A DNA stretch of 64,000 nucleotides from an uncultured Spirochaetota bacterium (GCA_963781885.1 CAWAHW010000002.1:288001-352000); one strand, 5' to 3'; shown: positions 26,775 through 38,846, numbered from the stretch's first letter. A program made the numbers and translations. The notes: generated from the sequence alone by a model not told the origin.

Positions 26775-29332
26775 GGATCTTGAGCAGGAGGGACTCGGGG
26801 GTGAAAGGCTTCTGGAGGAAGGCGAGGCCGGGATGGAGCAGGCCGTGGTTGTCGATCACGTCCGGCGTGTACCCCGACATGAAGAGGGTGGGAAGATCGG
26901 GCCGCGACGCCTTCATGTGCTCGATGAGGTCGCGGCCGCCGATGCCCGGGAGCACGACATCCGTCACGACCAGGTCGATGTGCGCGCTGTTGGCCTGGAA
27001 TATTTCCTTTGCATGCTCCCCGTTGTCGGCCTCCATGACCGTATAGCCGTTGCTGACGAGCACGTTGCGCACCAGCGCGCGGATCATCGACTCGTCCTCC
27101 ACGAGAAGGATCGACTCGTTGCCCCCGCGCACGTCGCCCGGCACGCCCGCGGCCGTGGCGTCGACCGCACCGTGCGCGCGGGGGAAGAAGATGTCGAAGG
27201 TCGTCCCCTCCCCGGGCACGCTCTCCACCCAGATGTACCCTCCCGTCTGCTTCACGATGCCGTAGACGGTCGACAAGCCGAGACCGGTCCCCTTGCCCAC
27301 CTCCTTTGTCGTGAAGAAAGGCTCGAAGAGGTGGGAGCGTGTCTCGCGGTCCATGCCGATGCCGTCGTCCGCGATGCGCAGCCGCACGTAATCCCCGCGC
27401 ATGACTTCCATGCGGCTGTCGCGGCGCGAGGACTCCAGGAACACGTTCGTCGTCTCCAGGCGTATCCGTCCGCCCCGCGGCATCGCGTCGCGCGAGTTGA
27501 TGCAGAGGTTCATGATCACCTGCTCCACCTGCCCGGGATCGGCGAGCACGGCCCCGAGATCGGGCGCGGCGACCGTATCGAGCGCGATGTCCTCCCCGAG
27601 CAGACCGGTGCAGCATCTTCTCCAGGTTGGCGACGAGCCGGTTCAGGTCGATCACCTTCGGCTTCATGACCTGCCGACGGCTGAAGGCAAGGAGCTGCTG
27701 GGTGAGACCCGCCGCGCGGACCCCGGCCTTCTTGATCTCGTCCAGATTTTTCTGGAGCATGTCCTGGTCCCCGAGATTGAGCCGGGAATAATCGCAGTAG
27801 CCGATGATCGCCGTGAGGAGATTGTTGAAGTCGTGAGCCACCCCACCGGCGAGCCTCCCGACCGCCTCCATCTTCTGCGCCTGGTTGAGCTGCTCGAGCA
27901 GACGCGCGCGCTCCGAGACGTCGCGCGCCACACCGTACACCTGGCGCTTGCCCGACGGGCCGGCATCCGCGGTGAGATGCAGCTCGAAGATGATCTTCCT
28001 GCCGCCGGTGAGCGGCGCCTCCATCTGCATCTCCCGGTCAATGCGTCCCGTCCCGTTCAGAAGCTCCCAAAGAAGCCCGGCGGTCCGGTCCTTGTCCTCG
28101 GCCGGCATGAGATCGGTCATCTGCCGTCCCACGAGATCCGGGATCGGGGCGCCGATCACCGGCTGGAGCCGCGGGCTTACAAACGTGAAGCGCCCATGCT
28201 CTTCCAGCGTGAAGATCACGTCATTCACGCGCTCGGTCATGAGCCGGTATTGCCGCTCGGATTCCACAAGCTGCGCGCTGCGCGCCTGGAGGCTTTCCAC
28301 CATGGCATTGAAGGAGTTCGCGAGGTGCGTGACCTCCTCTCCACCCTTGATGCTGATCCGGTAGTCGAGGTTGCCGCTGCTGATCGTCCGCGTTCCCTCC
28401 AGGAGGTGGATGAAGGGCAGCGACAGCGCCCTGCTCACGAGTATTCCCAGCGCGAGTGACAGCGCGATGCCGATGAGCAGCAGGAGGATGGACTGGCGCC
28501 ACAGCACGTTGGCGGGGAGAAAGGCATCCTGCACGGGCTGCTGCACGGCGATGACCCAATCCAGGAGACCGATCGCGGCGTAAGCGGTCAGGTACCGGTC
28601 GATGCCGTGCTCTTTTTCCACCCGAACGGCCCCGGCGGCCGGGAGGTCGCGGGGCGGGGGCGGGGTGGCCGGGGCGCTGGACGGCGCGATGACGCGTGTC
28701 TTGTCCGGGTGGGCGATAAGCGTCCCGTCCCGGGTGACCAGGTAGGCGACCTTCTTCCCCCCCACCGATATCTGGTCCACGAGATCCCAGATGCTGCGCA
28801 GGTGCAGCTCCGCGGCGAGCCATCCCCGGGCCCCCGAGGCGGTGCGCGCCGGCGTCGAGATGATCACGTACGGTGTGAAGTCTTCCGCGACCTTCACCGC
28901 GGAATCGATGCTTTGACCGGCCAGGATGCGGTCGCGGACCTCCGGATCGATGAGCGCGTCCCCCGCCGTCGGGAGCTGGCTGTCCACGATGACATTCCCG
29001 TTCGGATCGAGGAAGGCGATCCACCGGAACTTGCGGAATTCCAGGGAAAGGTTGGAGAGCACGGTTTTCTGCACCCACGTCGTGTAAGGCAACGGCCCGA
29101 GGATGCTTCCCAGGGAGTCCAGCTCGTCGATGGCGTCCGTCACGTAGCGGGCGATTTCGCGGGAGGCCTGCTGGGCGATTTCGAGGTTGCGCTGCTCGAT
29201 GGTGTTCCGCAACGCATTTCCCGACTGGAAGTAGAGACTCCCGACGGAGACGGCGATGCAGACGAAGGACACGCCGACCAGGGAGCCGAAGATGCGCGCC
29301 GCGATGCTTCGCCAATACGACGACAGCCTCAC
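26743..29332 (-). CDS. hybrid sensor kinase (Cache-HAMP-PAS-HisKA-HATPase-REC), frameshift near 27605
   Basis: QKMEAVGRLAGGVAHDFNN in one frame, continuing in another as ADPGQVEQVIMNL, FEPFFTTK, GTGLGL, REC; start uncertain. Confidence 0.88.
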
Positions 29333-29687
29333 GTTCGGTCCCGGCTCTTCCGCAGATCGGCGGACGTCAGTATCGCGCGCACGGGATAGTCCATGGCTTC
29401 CTTTCCGCTTCCGCGCCGCAGCGAATCGACGAACAGTGCGCAGGCGGTTTTGCATGTCGGCGCCGGGGCCTTCCCTGACGCATTTCTTCACCGCCCCTTT
29501 CTACGATAGCAATCGTGCCGGTGTTCGACAAGGGCGGCGTCGACCGGCTCCGCCGTTGCGTCCGCTATGCTTGCATTTTCGACTCGATGCCGCACTATAG
29601 CCAATCGCCGGATTCTGGAATAGAAGGCGCCTCGTCGTCTTGCAGGGGGACGGGTTCCATGTTTGACTCTGAGCCCGGGAGAATGGA

Positions 29688-30521
29688 ATGGCGCTCTTGC
29701 TTGCAGGCTTTTCAGCACTTCTGTACGGGGTCGGTGATTTCTGCGGCGGCCTTGCGACGCGCAGGAGCCCGGTCCCCGTCGTGCTCGCCTTCTCCCAGCT
29801 CGTCGGTCTTGCGATCGCACTCGGCGGGGCGTTGCTGCTCGGACAGCGACCGCCCACCTTCGCCGACGCTGCGTGGGGAGCCATTGCGGGTGTGTGCGGC
29901 GCGGCGGGGCTCGCGGCGCTGTACTCGGCGCTTGCCACGACGCTCGTCGCAGTAGCCTCGCCGGTTGCCGCGGTGACCGGTGCGGGCATTCCCGTGCTTC
30001 TTGGCGTCGTGACCGGGGAGAGGCCGGCCCTCCCTGCCTGTGTGGGGATGGGGCTGGCCCTCGCCGCGATCGTGCTCCTGACCGCGGGCCGCGCCGGAAA
30101 AAAGGGTGACGGGACGGTGCGCCGCGCATTCCTTCTGGGCGCGGCCGCCGGCGTCGGCTTCGGCCTCTTTTTCTTCGCCATCTCGCGCACCGGGCACGGC
30201 TCGGGTCTCTGGCCGCTCGTCGCTGCCCGCGCCGCGACCCTGTTCCTCGTCGGGGGTATCGCCCTTGCAACAGGTGGTTTGCGGAAACCGGGGCCGGGTC
30301 TCCCCCTGGCGCTTCTCTGCGGCTGCCTCGACATGGGGGCGAATATCGCTTTTCTCCTGGCCTCGCGTCAGGGGCTTCTCTCCCTCACGGCGGTCGTGAC
30401 GTCCCTGTACCCCGCGCCGACGGTGCTCCTCGCCATGGTCGTCTTCCGCGAGCGTCTCACGCCGCTGCGCGCGGCGGGTCTCGTCGTCGCAATCGCCGGT
30501 GTCGCCCTCATTTCCTTGTGA
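29688..30521 (+). CDS. DMT/EamA family transporter
   Basis: About 10 TM; YGVGDFCGG; SLYPAPTV..VFRERL. Confidence 0.85.
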   Translation: MALLLAGFSALLYGVGDFCGGLATRRSPVPVVLAFSQLVGLAIALGGALLLGQRPPTFADAAWGAIAGVCGAAGLAALYSALATTLVAVASPVAAVTGAGIPVLLGVVTGERPALPACVGMGLALAAIVLLTAGRAGKKGDGTVRRAFLLGAAAGVGFGLFFFAISRTGHGSGLWPLVAARAATLFLVGGIALATGGLRKPGPGLPLALLCGCLDMGANIAFLLASRQGLLSLTAVVTSLYPAPTVLLAMVVFRERLTPLRAAGLVVAIAGVALISL

Positions 30522-30645
30522 AGTCTCCCCGTGACGCGGCCCGCGGCAGTCCCGCCCGGGCGCCGGATTCGGAATTGAAGGAATTGTCGACAGTTCTTGC
30601 ACAATCCCCGCCTGAGGGCTATAACGGGCAATCGACGGAGGCCCT

Positions 30646-31452
30646 ATGAAATCTCGACTCGCCTTCATTGCCGCGGCGTGCGCATTGCTCGTGCTCACCG
30701 GCTGCATCGACACGAATACGAAAATCACCGTGAAGCCGGACGGCAGCGGGACGATCGAACGGACGATCGTTCTCAGCAAGCACTTCGCCGAGTTCATGGC
30801 GAGCATGGGCAACAAGGACTCACCGGAGAAGATCGAGAGCGGCATGCTGAATGAGAAGGGCCTCAAGGACGAGGCATCCCGGATGGGAAGCGGCGTCACC
30901 TTCGTGTCGGCGCAGAAGATCACGACCGACAAGGGAAACGGCTACAAGGTCGTCTATGCCTTCAAGGACATCGGCAAGCTGAAGCTGAGCCAGAGCCCGT
31001 CGGCGGGTCTCAGCGCGCCTTCCGGGGGCTCCAGTACGACGGACACCGCCCCGGCGGAGAACATCACCTTCACCTTTGCCCCCGGGTCTCCCGCCACCCT
31101 CACGATCGCCTCGCCGAAGCCGACGCCCGCCTCCCGGCCGGCCGCATCCGCGGCAAGCAGCGCCGACCAGGACAAGATGATGGCGCAGCTCCGGCCGCTG
31201 TATGCCGACATGCACATCGTGCTCACGATCGTCGTCCAGGGGCAGATCACGAACACCAACGCCGCCTACGTCGACGGCTCCACGGTGACCCTCGTCGACA
31301 TGGATTTTGCGAAAATCCTGGCTGACGATGCGACCTTCAAGAAGCTGTCGTCATCGCAAACGCAGTCGATGACCGACATTCAGAAGATGGTGAAGGCGAT
31401 ACCCGGCGTGAAGATCGACAACCAGGACAAGGTGACGATCTCTTTCAAATAG
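30646..31452 (+). CDS. lipoprotein (LppM/DUF3153-like N-terminus)
   Basis: LVLTGC lipobox then ITVKPDGSG; GGAGG SD. Confidence 0.75.
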   Translation: MKSRLAFIAAACALLVLTGCIDTNTKITVKPDGSGTIERTIVLSKHFAEFMASMGNKDSPEKIESGMLNEKGLKDEASRMGSGVTFVSAQKITTDKGNGYKVVYAFKDIGKLKLSQSPSAGLSAPSGGSSTTDTAPAENITFTFAPGSPATLTIASPKPTPASRPAASAASSADQDKMMAQLRPLYADMHIVLTIVVQGQITNTNAAYVDGSTVTLVDMDFAKILADDATFKKLSSSQTQSMTDIQKMVKAIPGVKIDNQDKVTISFK

Positions 31453-31495
31453 AAGGGACCGCCGCACGGTGGCGGGCGACCCAGGGGGACAAAAG

Positions 31496-31717
31496 ATGAA
31501 TCGGACTACATCAAAGATCGTTGGCGTCATCGCCATCATCCTGTCGCTCGGCTCGGCCGCGCTCGCCGTCTTCTACTGGATGGGGACCGTCGTGACGGAC
31601 CAGCCCCACACGAAGCACGGTCTGCTCTTTGCCGGCATCTTCGTGATCCTTCTGCTCTTCGGCATCATCTCGGTGCGGGCAAAAGGCAGATCGACGGAGA
31701 GCGGCGCCGGAAAATAG
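31496..31717 (+). CDS. small 2-TM membrane protein
   Basis: 73 aa; two hydrophobic helices around HTKHG. Confidence 0.7.
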   Translation: MNRTTSKIVGVIAIILSLGSAALAVFYWMGTVVTDQPHTKHGLLFAGIFVILLLFGIISVRAKGRSTESGAGK

Positions 31718-31731
31718 GACGCATCGGGCTC

Positions 31732-32598
31732 CTAGCGGACCAGCGCCACGACGAGAACCAGCGACGCGAGCCCCCAGCGGTAATAGACGAACGCGCGCAT
31801 CGAATGCTTCTGGAGATAGGACAGGAGCAGCTTGATGCAGAGGAAGCCGGAGACCGCGGCGACCACGAAGCCAACGGGGAAGATGATCAGCTCCGATCGC
31901 GGGATTGCCCCCGAGCTCGCCCCGCTCACGAGCTCGTAAAGGCTCTTGATGCCCGCTCCCGCGATGATGGGCGCGGAGAGCAGGAAGGAAAAGCGCGCGG
32001 CCGCATCGCGCTCCAGGCCGAGTGCGAGGCCCGCCGTGATGGTGGCCCCCGAGCGCGAGACGCCGGGGAATATCGCCAGCGCCTGCGCAAGCCCGATCAA
32101 CGCGGCATCCACGAACCCGATCTTCGCGAACGGCCGCTTCTGTCTGCCCCACCAGTCGGCCAGGAGCAGCAGCCCTCCCAGGACGGCGATGGCAACCGCC
32201 ATGAGGATCATGGACAGCCGGGGGATCGGCGCGACGTGGAAGGATGCCGTCACGTCCCCCTCGAACAGCACGCCGGCGATGCCGCCCGGGATGCACGCCA
32301 GGAGCAGGTACCACGCCATGCGCGCGTCGGGGGAATCGTCGATGCGCAGGTGGAAGACGCTTCTGAACCACGCGCCGATCAGCCGCACCCAGTCGGAGGC
32401 GAAGAATGCAACGACCGCGAGGAGCGTCCCCATGTGGAGCGCCACGTCGAAGGTGAGGCCGCCCAGGGCCGGGTCCGCCCATCCGAACAGCCAGGGGACG
32501 ATCACGAGGTGGGCCGAGCTGGAGATGGGGATGAACTCCGTGAGCCCCTGGACGAGTCCCAGCGCGGCCGACTGAAGGACGAGGATGAATGTTGCCAT
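31732..32598 (-). CDS. uppP: undecaprenyl-diphosphate phosphatase
   Basis: QGLTEFIPISSSAH, PGVSRSGATI, ARFSFLL. Confidence 0.95.
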   Translation of the reverse strand: MATFILVLQSAALGLVQGLTEFIPISSSAHLVIVPWLFGWADPALGGLTFDVALHMGTLLAVVAFFASDWVRLIGAWFRSVFHLRIDDSPDARMAWYLLLACIPGGIAGVLFEGDVTASFHVAPIPRLSMILMAVAIAVLGGLLLLADWWGRQKRPFAKIGFVDAALIGLAQALAIFPGVSRSGATITAGLALGLERDAAARFSFLLSAPIIAGAGIKSLYELVSGASSGAIPRSELIIFPVGFVVAAVSGFLCIKLLLSYLQKHSMRAFVYYRWGLASLVLVVALVR

Positions 32599-32648
32599 TG
32601 AGTGGCAAGGTAATGGAGAGTGGCTCTGCCGGGCAAGGGTCCCGACAC

Positions 32649-32683
32649 AAAAAAGCCTTCAGGCGGTGATACCGCCCGAAGGC
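32649..32683 (-). terminator. flaB terminator
   Basis: GCCTTC-GGGCGG/CCGCCT-GAAGGC stem followed by T6 on the minus strand. Confidence 0.85.
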
Positions 32684-32708
32684 CTCATTTCTTCTGGAAC
32701 GCGCGGTT

Positions 32709-33569
32709 CTACTTGAGGAGCTGAAGGACGGTCTGTGTCTTCGTGTTCGCCTGGGCGAGCATGGCGGTGGCTGCCTGGGTGAGGATGGCGTTCTTCGTGT
32801 AGTCCACCATCTCGGTGGCCATGTCCGCGTCGCGGATCCTCGACTCGGCCGCCTGGAGGTTCTCCGCGCCGATGTCCAGGCCCTTCACCGCGTACTCCAG
32901 CCTGTTCTGGTAGGCGCCCAGGTCCGCCCGCTGCTTGTTGATCGTCTTCAACGCCACGTCCAACTGTCCGATGGACCTGTTGGCCCCGTCGGGGGTGGAC
33001 AGCGAGATGATCGCCTTGCTGCCGACGTTGCGGATGCCCAGCGCCTCGGAGGTCATCGTGCCGACGAACACGCGCGTGCGCTGGTCCATGTTGGCCCCGA
33101 TCTGCAGCCACATGGAGGCGGTGACGACGTTCTGGCCGGCTTCGCGCGCGAAGCGTCCCGTGAGCATGTTCATGCCGTTGAACTGGGCATGAGAGGCGAT
33201 GCGGTCCACCTCGTTGACCAGGGCGGAGACCTCGACCTGGATCTGCATGCGGTCCTCGTCGGTGTAGACGCCGTTGGCCGACTGCACGGACAGCTCGCGC
33301 AGCCTCTGGATGATGTCCTGCGACTCCTGGAGGTAGCCCTCCGTGGTCTGGATGAAGGAGATGCCGTTGGCGGCGTTCGCGCTGGCCTGGGTGAGGCCGC
33401 GGATCTGGGAACGCATCTTTTCCGAGACGGCCAGACCCGACGCATCGTCGCCCGCGCGCGTGATCCTGCTTCCCGACGAGAGCTTCTCCATGTTCTTGTC
33501 GAGAGCCTGGTCGTTCAGTTTCAGCTGACGATCGGCGAAGATCGCGCTCATGTTGTGATTGATGATCAT
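32709..33569 (-). CDS. flaB: periplasmic flagellar filament core flagellin (286 aa)
   Basis: [49 protein letters not shown]; AAGGAGG SD. Confidence 0.97.
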   Translation of the reverse strand: MIINHNMSAIFADRQLKLNDQALDKNMEKLSSGSRITRAGDDASGLAVSEKMRSQIRGLTQASANAANGISFIQTTEGYLQESQDIIQRLRELSVQSANGVYTDEDRMQIQVEVSALVNEVDRIASHAQFNGMNMLTGRFAREAGQNVVTASMWLQIGANMDQRTRVFVGTMTSEALGIRNVGSKAIISLSTPDGANRSIGQLDVALKTINKQRADLGAYQNRLEYAVKGLDIGAENLQAAESRIRDADMATEMVDYTKNAILTQAATAMLAQANTKTQTVLQLLK

Positions 33570-33622
33570 GTCATCCTCCTTGACAGCCACGCTCCGGAGT
33601 CAATCAACTGCCGGGCGCTTCC

Positions 33623-33711
33623 TCCGCCGCTCAACTCCGTGGATTACCACGGAAGGGCGGCATTTCATCCGCCGCTCAACTCCGTGGAATACCGTGGAAA
33701 GGCGGCATTTT
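33623..33711. repeat. two 45-bp tandem hairpin repeats upstream of flaB
   Basis: TCCGCCGCTCAACTCCGTGGA(T/A)TACC..GGAA.GGCGGCATTT at 33623 and 33668. Confidence 0.9.
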
Positions 33712-33976
33712 TCAGCCCCTCACCGCCGCGGCGATTTTCCTTCACGACTCTTTTTCCCCTGCCGAAATTGGGACTAAGGGAAGAAAGGCGGCGGGAGGCT
33801 CGACACGGCCAGAGCTATCCTCACTCCTTGTTTCGACAGACTGAAGTTTAAAAATTACGGTGTTCGCGAAAAATATATTTCTCTCAAGTCTGGAGAATTT
33901 GCCGCCTCAGATGTATAGTCCGCGCGAGACGCCGCAAATGCCACTGGGTACAGTGGCCGCATTGGAGGGTGACGGC

Positions 33977-35209
33977 ATGGATGGACAATTCCTCCATACG
34001 TATGCACGGATTCTTCTCCGCGTCGGCGTCAATCTCCAGCAGGGCCAGAATATCCGCGTCTCCGGAGAGCCGATTCACAGGGATTTCATGCTGATCCTTG
34101 CCGAGGAAGCCTATCGCGCGGGCGGAAGGACCGTGAAGCTCCAGTACAACGACGAACGGCATGCCCTGATCCGCTCCCGGCACCTCGAGGCCCGCTATCT
34201 GGAGTACGTGCCGGGAAACGTCGTCCCGGAGCTCCAGAGCTATCTCGACGAGGACTGGGCCCTGTTGCGTATCGATGGCGCGGAGGACCCCGACATGCTC
34301 GCCGACGCCGACAAGGGCCGGCTTGCCGCCATGCAGAAGGCGCATTCGACCGTGAGCCAGTTCTTCAACCTCCAGGTGATGGCGAACAAGCTTCGGTGGT
34401 GCGTGGCTCCCCTGCCGACCCTCAAGTGGGCGGAGAAGGTGCTCGGGACAAGCCCGACCGGGAGCGACCCCATCGAAGCGCTCTGGAAGATTCTCATTCC
34501 CACGCTGCGTCTCGACCGCGACGATCCCGTCGCAGCGTGGGGCGCGCACGGCCGCACGCTCGGCCGGAGGGCCGAGACGCTCAATGAGATGGGGATCGAC
34601 CGTCTCCACTTCCTGGGCCCGGGAACGGACCTCACCATCGGTCTCATGCCCCGCTCGCGGTTCATTGGCGGTTCGGCCACGTCTCAGAAGGGGATAGGGT
34701 TCATGCCCAACCTGCCCACCGAGGAGGTCTTCACGACCCCGGATTTCAGACGGACCACCGGCACGGTCACGTGCACCCGGCCGGTGGAGGTGCTGGGCGT
34801 GCCGGTGGACGGGGTGAGCTTCGAGTTTGCCGACGGCGCCGTGACGGGTTTCAAAGCTCGTGAAGGCGGTGAGGCGCTGGACAAGTTTCTCGGCATGGAC
34901 CCCCACGCCCGGCATCTCGGCGAGATCGCGCTCGTGGACATCGATTCACCGGTCAACCGGGCCGGCGTGGTTTTTCATTCCATCCTGTTCGATGAGAACG
35001 CTGCCTGCCACATTGCTCTCGGCAATGGCTATCCCGATGCCATCGTGGACGGGGAATCTCTCGACGAAGAAGAGCTGCGTCGGATCGGCTGCAACATCTC
35101 TCTCGTGCATACGGATTTCATGATCAGCTCGCCCGCGGTATCTCTCTTTGCCGTCACCCGCGACGGTGGCCGCCGCGAGATCATGAGAAACGGAAAGCTG
35201 CTGTTCTAG
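33977..35209 (+). CDS. M29 family aminopeptidase (AmpS/PepS)
   Basis: GVNLQQGQ, PNLPTEEVFTTP, LGEIALV, ILFDENAACHIALG, SLVHTDFMI. Confidence 0.92.
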   Translation: MDGQFLHTYARILLRVGVNLQQGQNIRVSGEPIHRDFMLILAEEAYRAGGRTVKLQYNDERHALIRSRHLEARYLEYVPGNVVPELQSYLDEDWALLRIDGAEDPDMLADADKGRLAAMQKAHSTVSQFFNLQVMANKLRWCVAPLPTLKWAEKVLGTSPTGSDPIEALWKILIPTLRLDRDDPVAAWGAHGRTLGRRAETLNEMGIDRLHFLGPGTDLTIGLMPRSRFIGGSATSQKGIGFMPNLPTEEVFTTPDFRRTTGTVTCTRPVEVLGVPVDGVSFEFADGAVTGFKAREGGEALDKFLGMDPHARHLGEIALVDIDSPVNRAGVVFHSILFDENAACHIALGNGYPDAIVDGESLDEEELRRIGCNISLVHTDFMISSPAVSLFAVTRDGGRREIMRNGKLLF

Positions 35210-35584
35210 ACGCCGCCTTATCAGGGCCGCATATCCCCTCAGGCGGCGCCTTGTTCGACGATCGCGGCCAAAGTACAAACGCGCGTGCGTTGTAATTTAA
35301 TTTATTACAGAACAACAAATAAGCAGTAGGGTCTCATTCTCATGACCCCCGTCGCATGGGCTACTCAGCGGATCTGGCCGACGCGCGACATTCGAGGTCC
35401 TGGATATTTTTTGAACATGCGCCATGCGACGCTTCCCAACAAACACCTGTTCGAGAATTGCCGTTTATGACGCTTTTCTTTGTAGATATCTCAGTCTTTC
35501 TTGTGATACAGTGAATGCATTCACCTTTGTTTTTCATCGCAAGAGAAGCGGGATTTTTCAGATTGCGGTGAAGGAGTGTGAAGT

Positions 35585-37748
35585 ATGAAAAGAAAAATGG
35601 TCTTCGCAGCGGTATTCGTGCTTTCAGCGGGGATTGCGGGATTCGCGCAGTCCGCAACGGTCTCGCCACTGTCTCTTTCGATAGTGCCAAGCTTCACCTT
35701 GCCCGTGGGAAGTGACACCGCAGAGTTCTCGTACGGCGCCACTGGAACACTCCGCGGAGAATACCGGATGCCATTTCTGCCGCTCCTGTTTGTCGGGGCA
35801 GAGGCAGGGATTCTCCTACGTGCCGCTTGACATCGATCACTTCCGTGTCATTGATCAACGGCGGCGCAGTGGCAGGGGCGCGACTCGATTTTCTGAAGAC
35901 CCTCAGCTTCAGCGTGACCGCGGCGGGCGGATATTGGTACGCTTTCCTGAATGATGGGAGCGGCTCAGCCTCGAATCTATTCGCTTCCGTGGGGGCAGAG
36001 CTCTCCTGGACCCCTGTCCCGGCCCTTTCAATCGGCCTCGGGGCCACTTTTCGAGATTTCTTATACGGCGTTCAACGACATCGCCGTCACGCTGGGTGCG
36101 TCGTACAACTTCCTTCAGGGCGCAAGCCAGGCCGCCCCCATCCAGAAGGAACCGACTCCGGCCAAACCCACGCCTCTAAAAAGCAACGAGCAGCCCGCGA
36201 CGCCTGCGAAACCGCCGGAGGACAAGAACAAGGGAATCGTGATCCAGAACATCTCTTTCAACAAGGTGTTCCCGATCTTCCATGCTTTCTATGATACCCA
36301 TCCGATCGGCACGATCACGCTCGTCAACACGGACAGCTCGCCCGCGACTGACGTCGCAGTGACCTTGCAGATCAAGCAATATATGGACGCGCCGAAGGAT
36401 TGTGGAACGATTGCCACGCTGAAGCCCGGCGAATCGCAGGATGTCGATCTCCTTGCCCTGCTAAGAAGTGACATCCTGGAGATCACCCAGACGACAAAGG
36501 TCGCGGCCGAGATATCGGTTTCGTACACGAGGAACGGGAAGCCGGCAACGGCGACCAAGGTGGAAACACTCACGGTATATGACCGGAATGCGATGAGCTG
36601 GGACGACAACCAGAAGGCGGCGGCTTTCGTCACCCCCAAGGAGCCCGCCATCCTGTACTTCTCCAACAACATCAACGCGATGGTGAAGAACAAGATGAAC
36701 CGGGTCATGGACAAGAACCTGCAAACCGCCATGATTTTCCATGACGCGCTTCGCCTGTTGGGCATCAGCTACGTGTCCCCTCCGCTCACGTCGTATGCGG
36801 CTTTCTCCCAGGACAAGCAGGCCGTGGATTCGCTGAAGTTCCCCCGGGAAACCCTTTCCTACCGATCCGGCGATTGCAGCGATCTTTCCATCCTCTATTG
36901 CTCGCTGCTCGAATCGGTCCAGATCGAAACGGCATTCATCACGATTCCGGGCCATATCTTCATGGCATTCGCCCTGGATATGAACGAGGACCAGGCGCGC
37001 CGGACATTCACGAAGACGGATGAGTTCATATTCCAGGATGGGAAGGCATGGGTGCCGATCGAAATCACGGAACGCGACGGCATGTTCCTCACTGCCTGGC
37101 AGGAGGGAGCGAAAGAATGGCGGGAGAACCTGGCGAAAAAGCAGGCGGACTTCTATCCCGTGCGTGCCGCATGGAAGACATACGAGGCGGTTTTCTTCCC
37201 CGGCTCGGATGCTCAGCCGCAACTCCCCGATGCAAGCAAGGTCATCGCGGATTTCCAAACGGACCTCACTGGCAATGGTCACCCGGGAGATGGGGACGAA
37301 GGAAATGGTGCTGAAGGCGGCGGTGGCAAAGAATCCCGCCGATTCCAAATCAGCGAACTCGCTCGGTCTGCTGTATGCGCGCTATGACCTGGAGGACAAG
37401 GCGGAGGCCCAGTTCCAGAAGCTGATCGCGAAGAACGAGTACGTGCCGGCGCTCCTCAACCTCGGCAACCTTGCCTTCCTCAAGGGCGACTTTGACACGG
37501 CGCAGACCTACTACGAGCGGGCCTACAAGCAGAACCCCCACAGCCCGAACGTTCTTCTGTGCATGGCGCGGGTGAATCATGAGCAGCAGAACTACGGCTC
37601 GGTCAAGAAGTATTTCCAGGAGCTGAAGACCGCCGATCCCGACATGGCGGCCCAGTTCGCCTATCTGGACCTCCAGGGAGATGAATCGACGCGTGCCGCC
37701 GAGGCGAGCCACATCAACAACGTCGTCGTGTGGGAGGAAGAGAAATGA
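35585..37748 (+). CDS. secreted beta-barrel-like / Ig-like / transglutaminase-like / TPR multidomain protein (about 4 frameshifts)
   Basis: Signal peptide; amphipathic beta strands; Pro-rich linker; GDCSDLSILYCSLLE, IPGHIF, WVPIEIT; TPRs; frame switches near 35808, 35828, 36065, 37270. Confidence 0.7.
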
Positions 37749-38846
37749 GAATGACGTTGAAAATCCTCATTGCCTGCGTTGTGACGTTGGCGATCGCTGG
37801 TTGCAGCGATATTTCGTTGAAGGGGATCATCGATCAGAAACTGGTCGGATTGGGCGGACCGATCGGGCGGCACCGTTGCGGCTCCGACATTCAACCCTCC
37901 TGCAGGTCCCGCCGGGACTTACGCGAGCGCGACGACGGTGACCATCAGCTGTACGACTGCGAACGCATCGATCCGCTTTACGACAGACGGAAGCACTCCC
38001 TCAAGCACGGCAGGTATTTCCTATGGCGGGGCTGTCAACGTGGGAACGGCTGAGACGATAAAGGCAGTTGCCTATGAAAGCGGCATGACAACTTCCACGG
38101 TCAGCGCAGCAGCCTTTGCGAACCCACTCACGACGATTCGAGTGGGAAGTGTTGCGGACTCGCGATTCAATAACGGCGGTTGGACTCTCGATGGTGGCGC
38201 GATGGTCTACACACGCGAAAAGCTGCTGAATCAATCGAATTTCGGCCCAAGCGGGACGTATGCGAAAACGATTGTGATCACCGACGTAAGCGCATCCATC
38301 GATGCCAGCATTCTCACGAATGTCGACGTCTTTTTTATTGGGAAAATGCCCGCAAGCTTCTCAGCCACGGAGCTGACTGCAATGACGAATTGGGTCAGCA
38401 CGGGGGGGGTCATGATTATCACTGCAAACGATACCCCCTCCGATCAAGTCTCGAATGCCTTTGGCCTTCCAGTAACTGCAACTTCTGCCGAGTCTTACAC
38501 TGTTCCATATGTAACTTATAATAGCCATGCAATTTGGACAGGCCCATTCGGCAATTTAAATAGCTTGGGTCATACCTATGGGGGCTCCATGTCTGCATAT
38601 TGGCCACTCGTCGATGTGCCTGCGAATACAACAATTCTTGGAATAGATGGTAGTAATAACTATACTGTGCTTGAAATGTCATACACGTCGGGGAAAGTCA
38701 TCTTCCTTGGGGATGTCGCCTTGATTGCTGATGACGGAAACTACACGATTTGGGATTTGAACGCCGCGATCAACACTTCAAGCGGCACAGCCAGTACCGG
38801 AAATGAGGCATTCCTTGGAAATCTTTTCGCCTACGCGCATAGGTAG
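37745..38846 (+). CDS. lipoprotein with FN3-associated (CHB_HEX_C-like) domain and low-GC C-terminal domain (frameshift near 37865)
   Basis: LAIAGC lipobox; VAAPTFNPPAG.., IRFTTDGSTP, TIKAVAY; ATGA overlap with the upstream gene. Confidence 0.75.

Noticed and set aside
8015-33711. Tandem repeats at 8015, 16784 and 33623 as CRISPR arrays
   Set aside because: Only two directly adjacent copies each, with no unique spacers and no cas genes
38130-38846. Diversity-generating retroelement target region
   Set aside because: No reverse transcriptase and no template/variable repeat pair in the window
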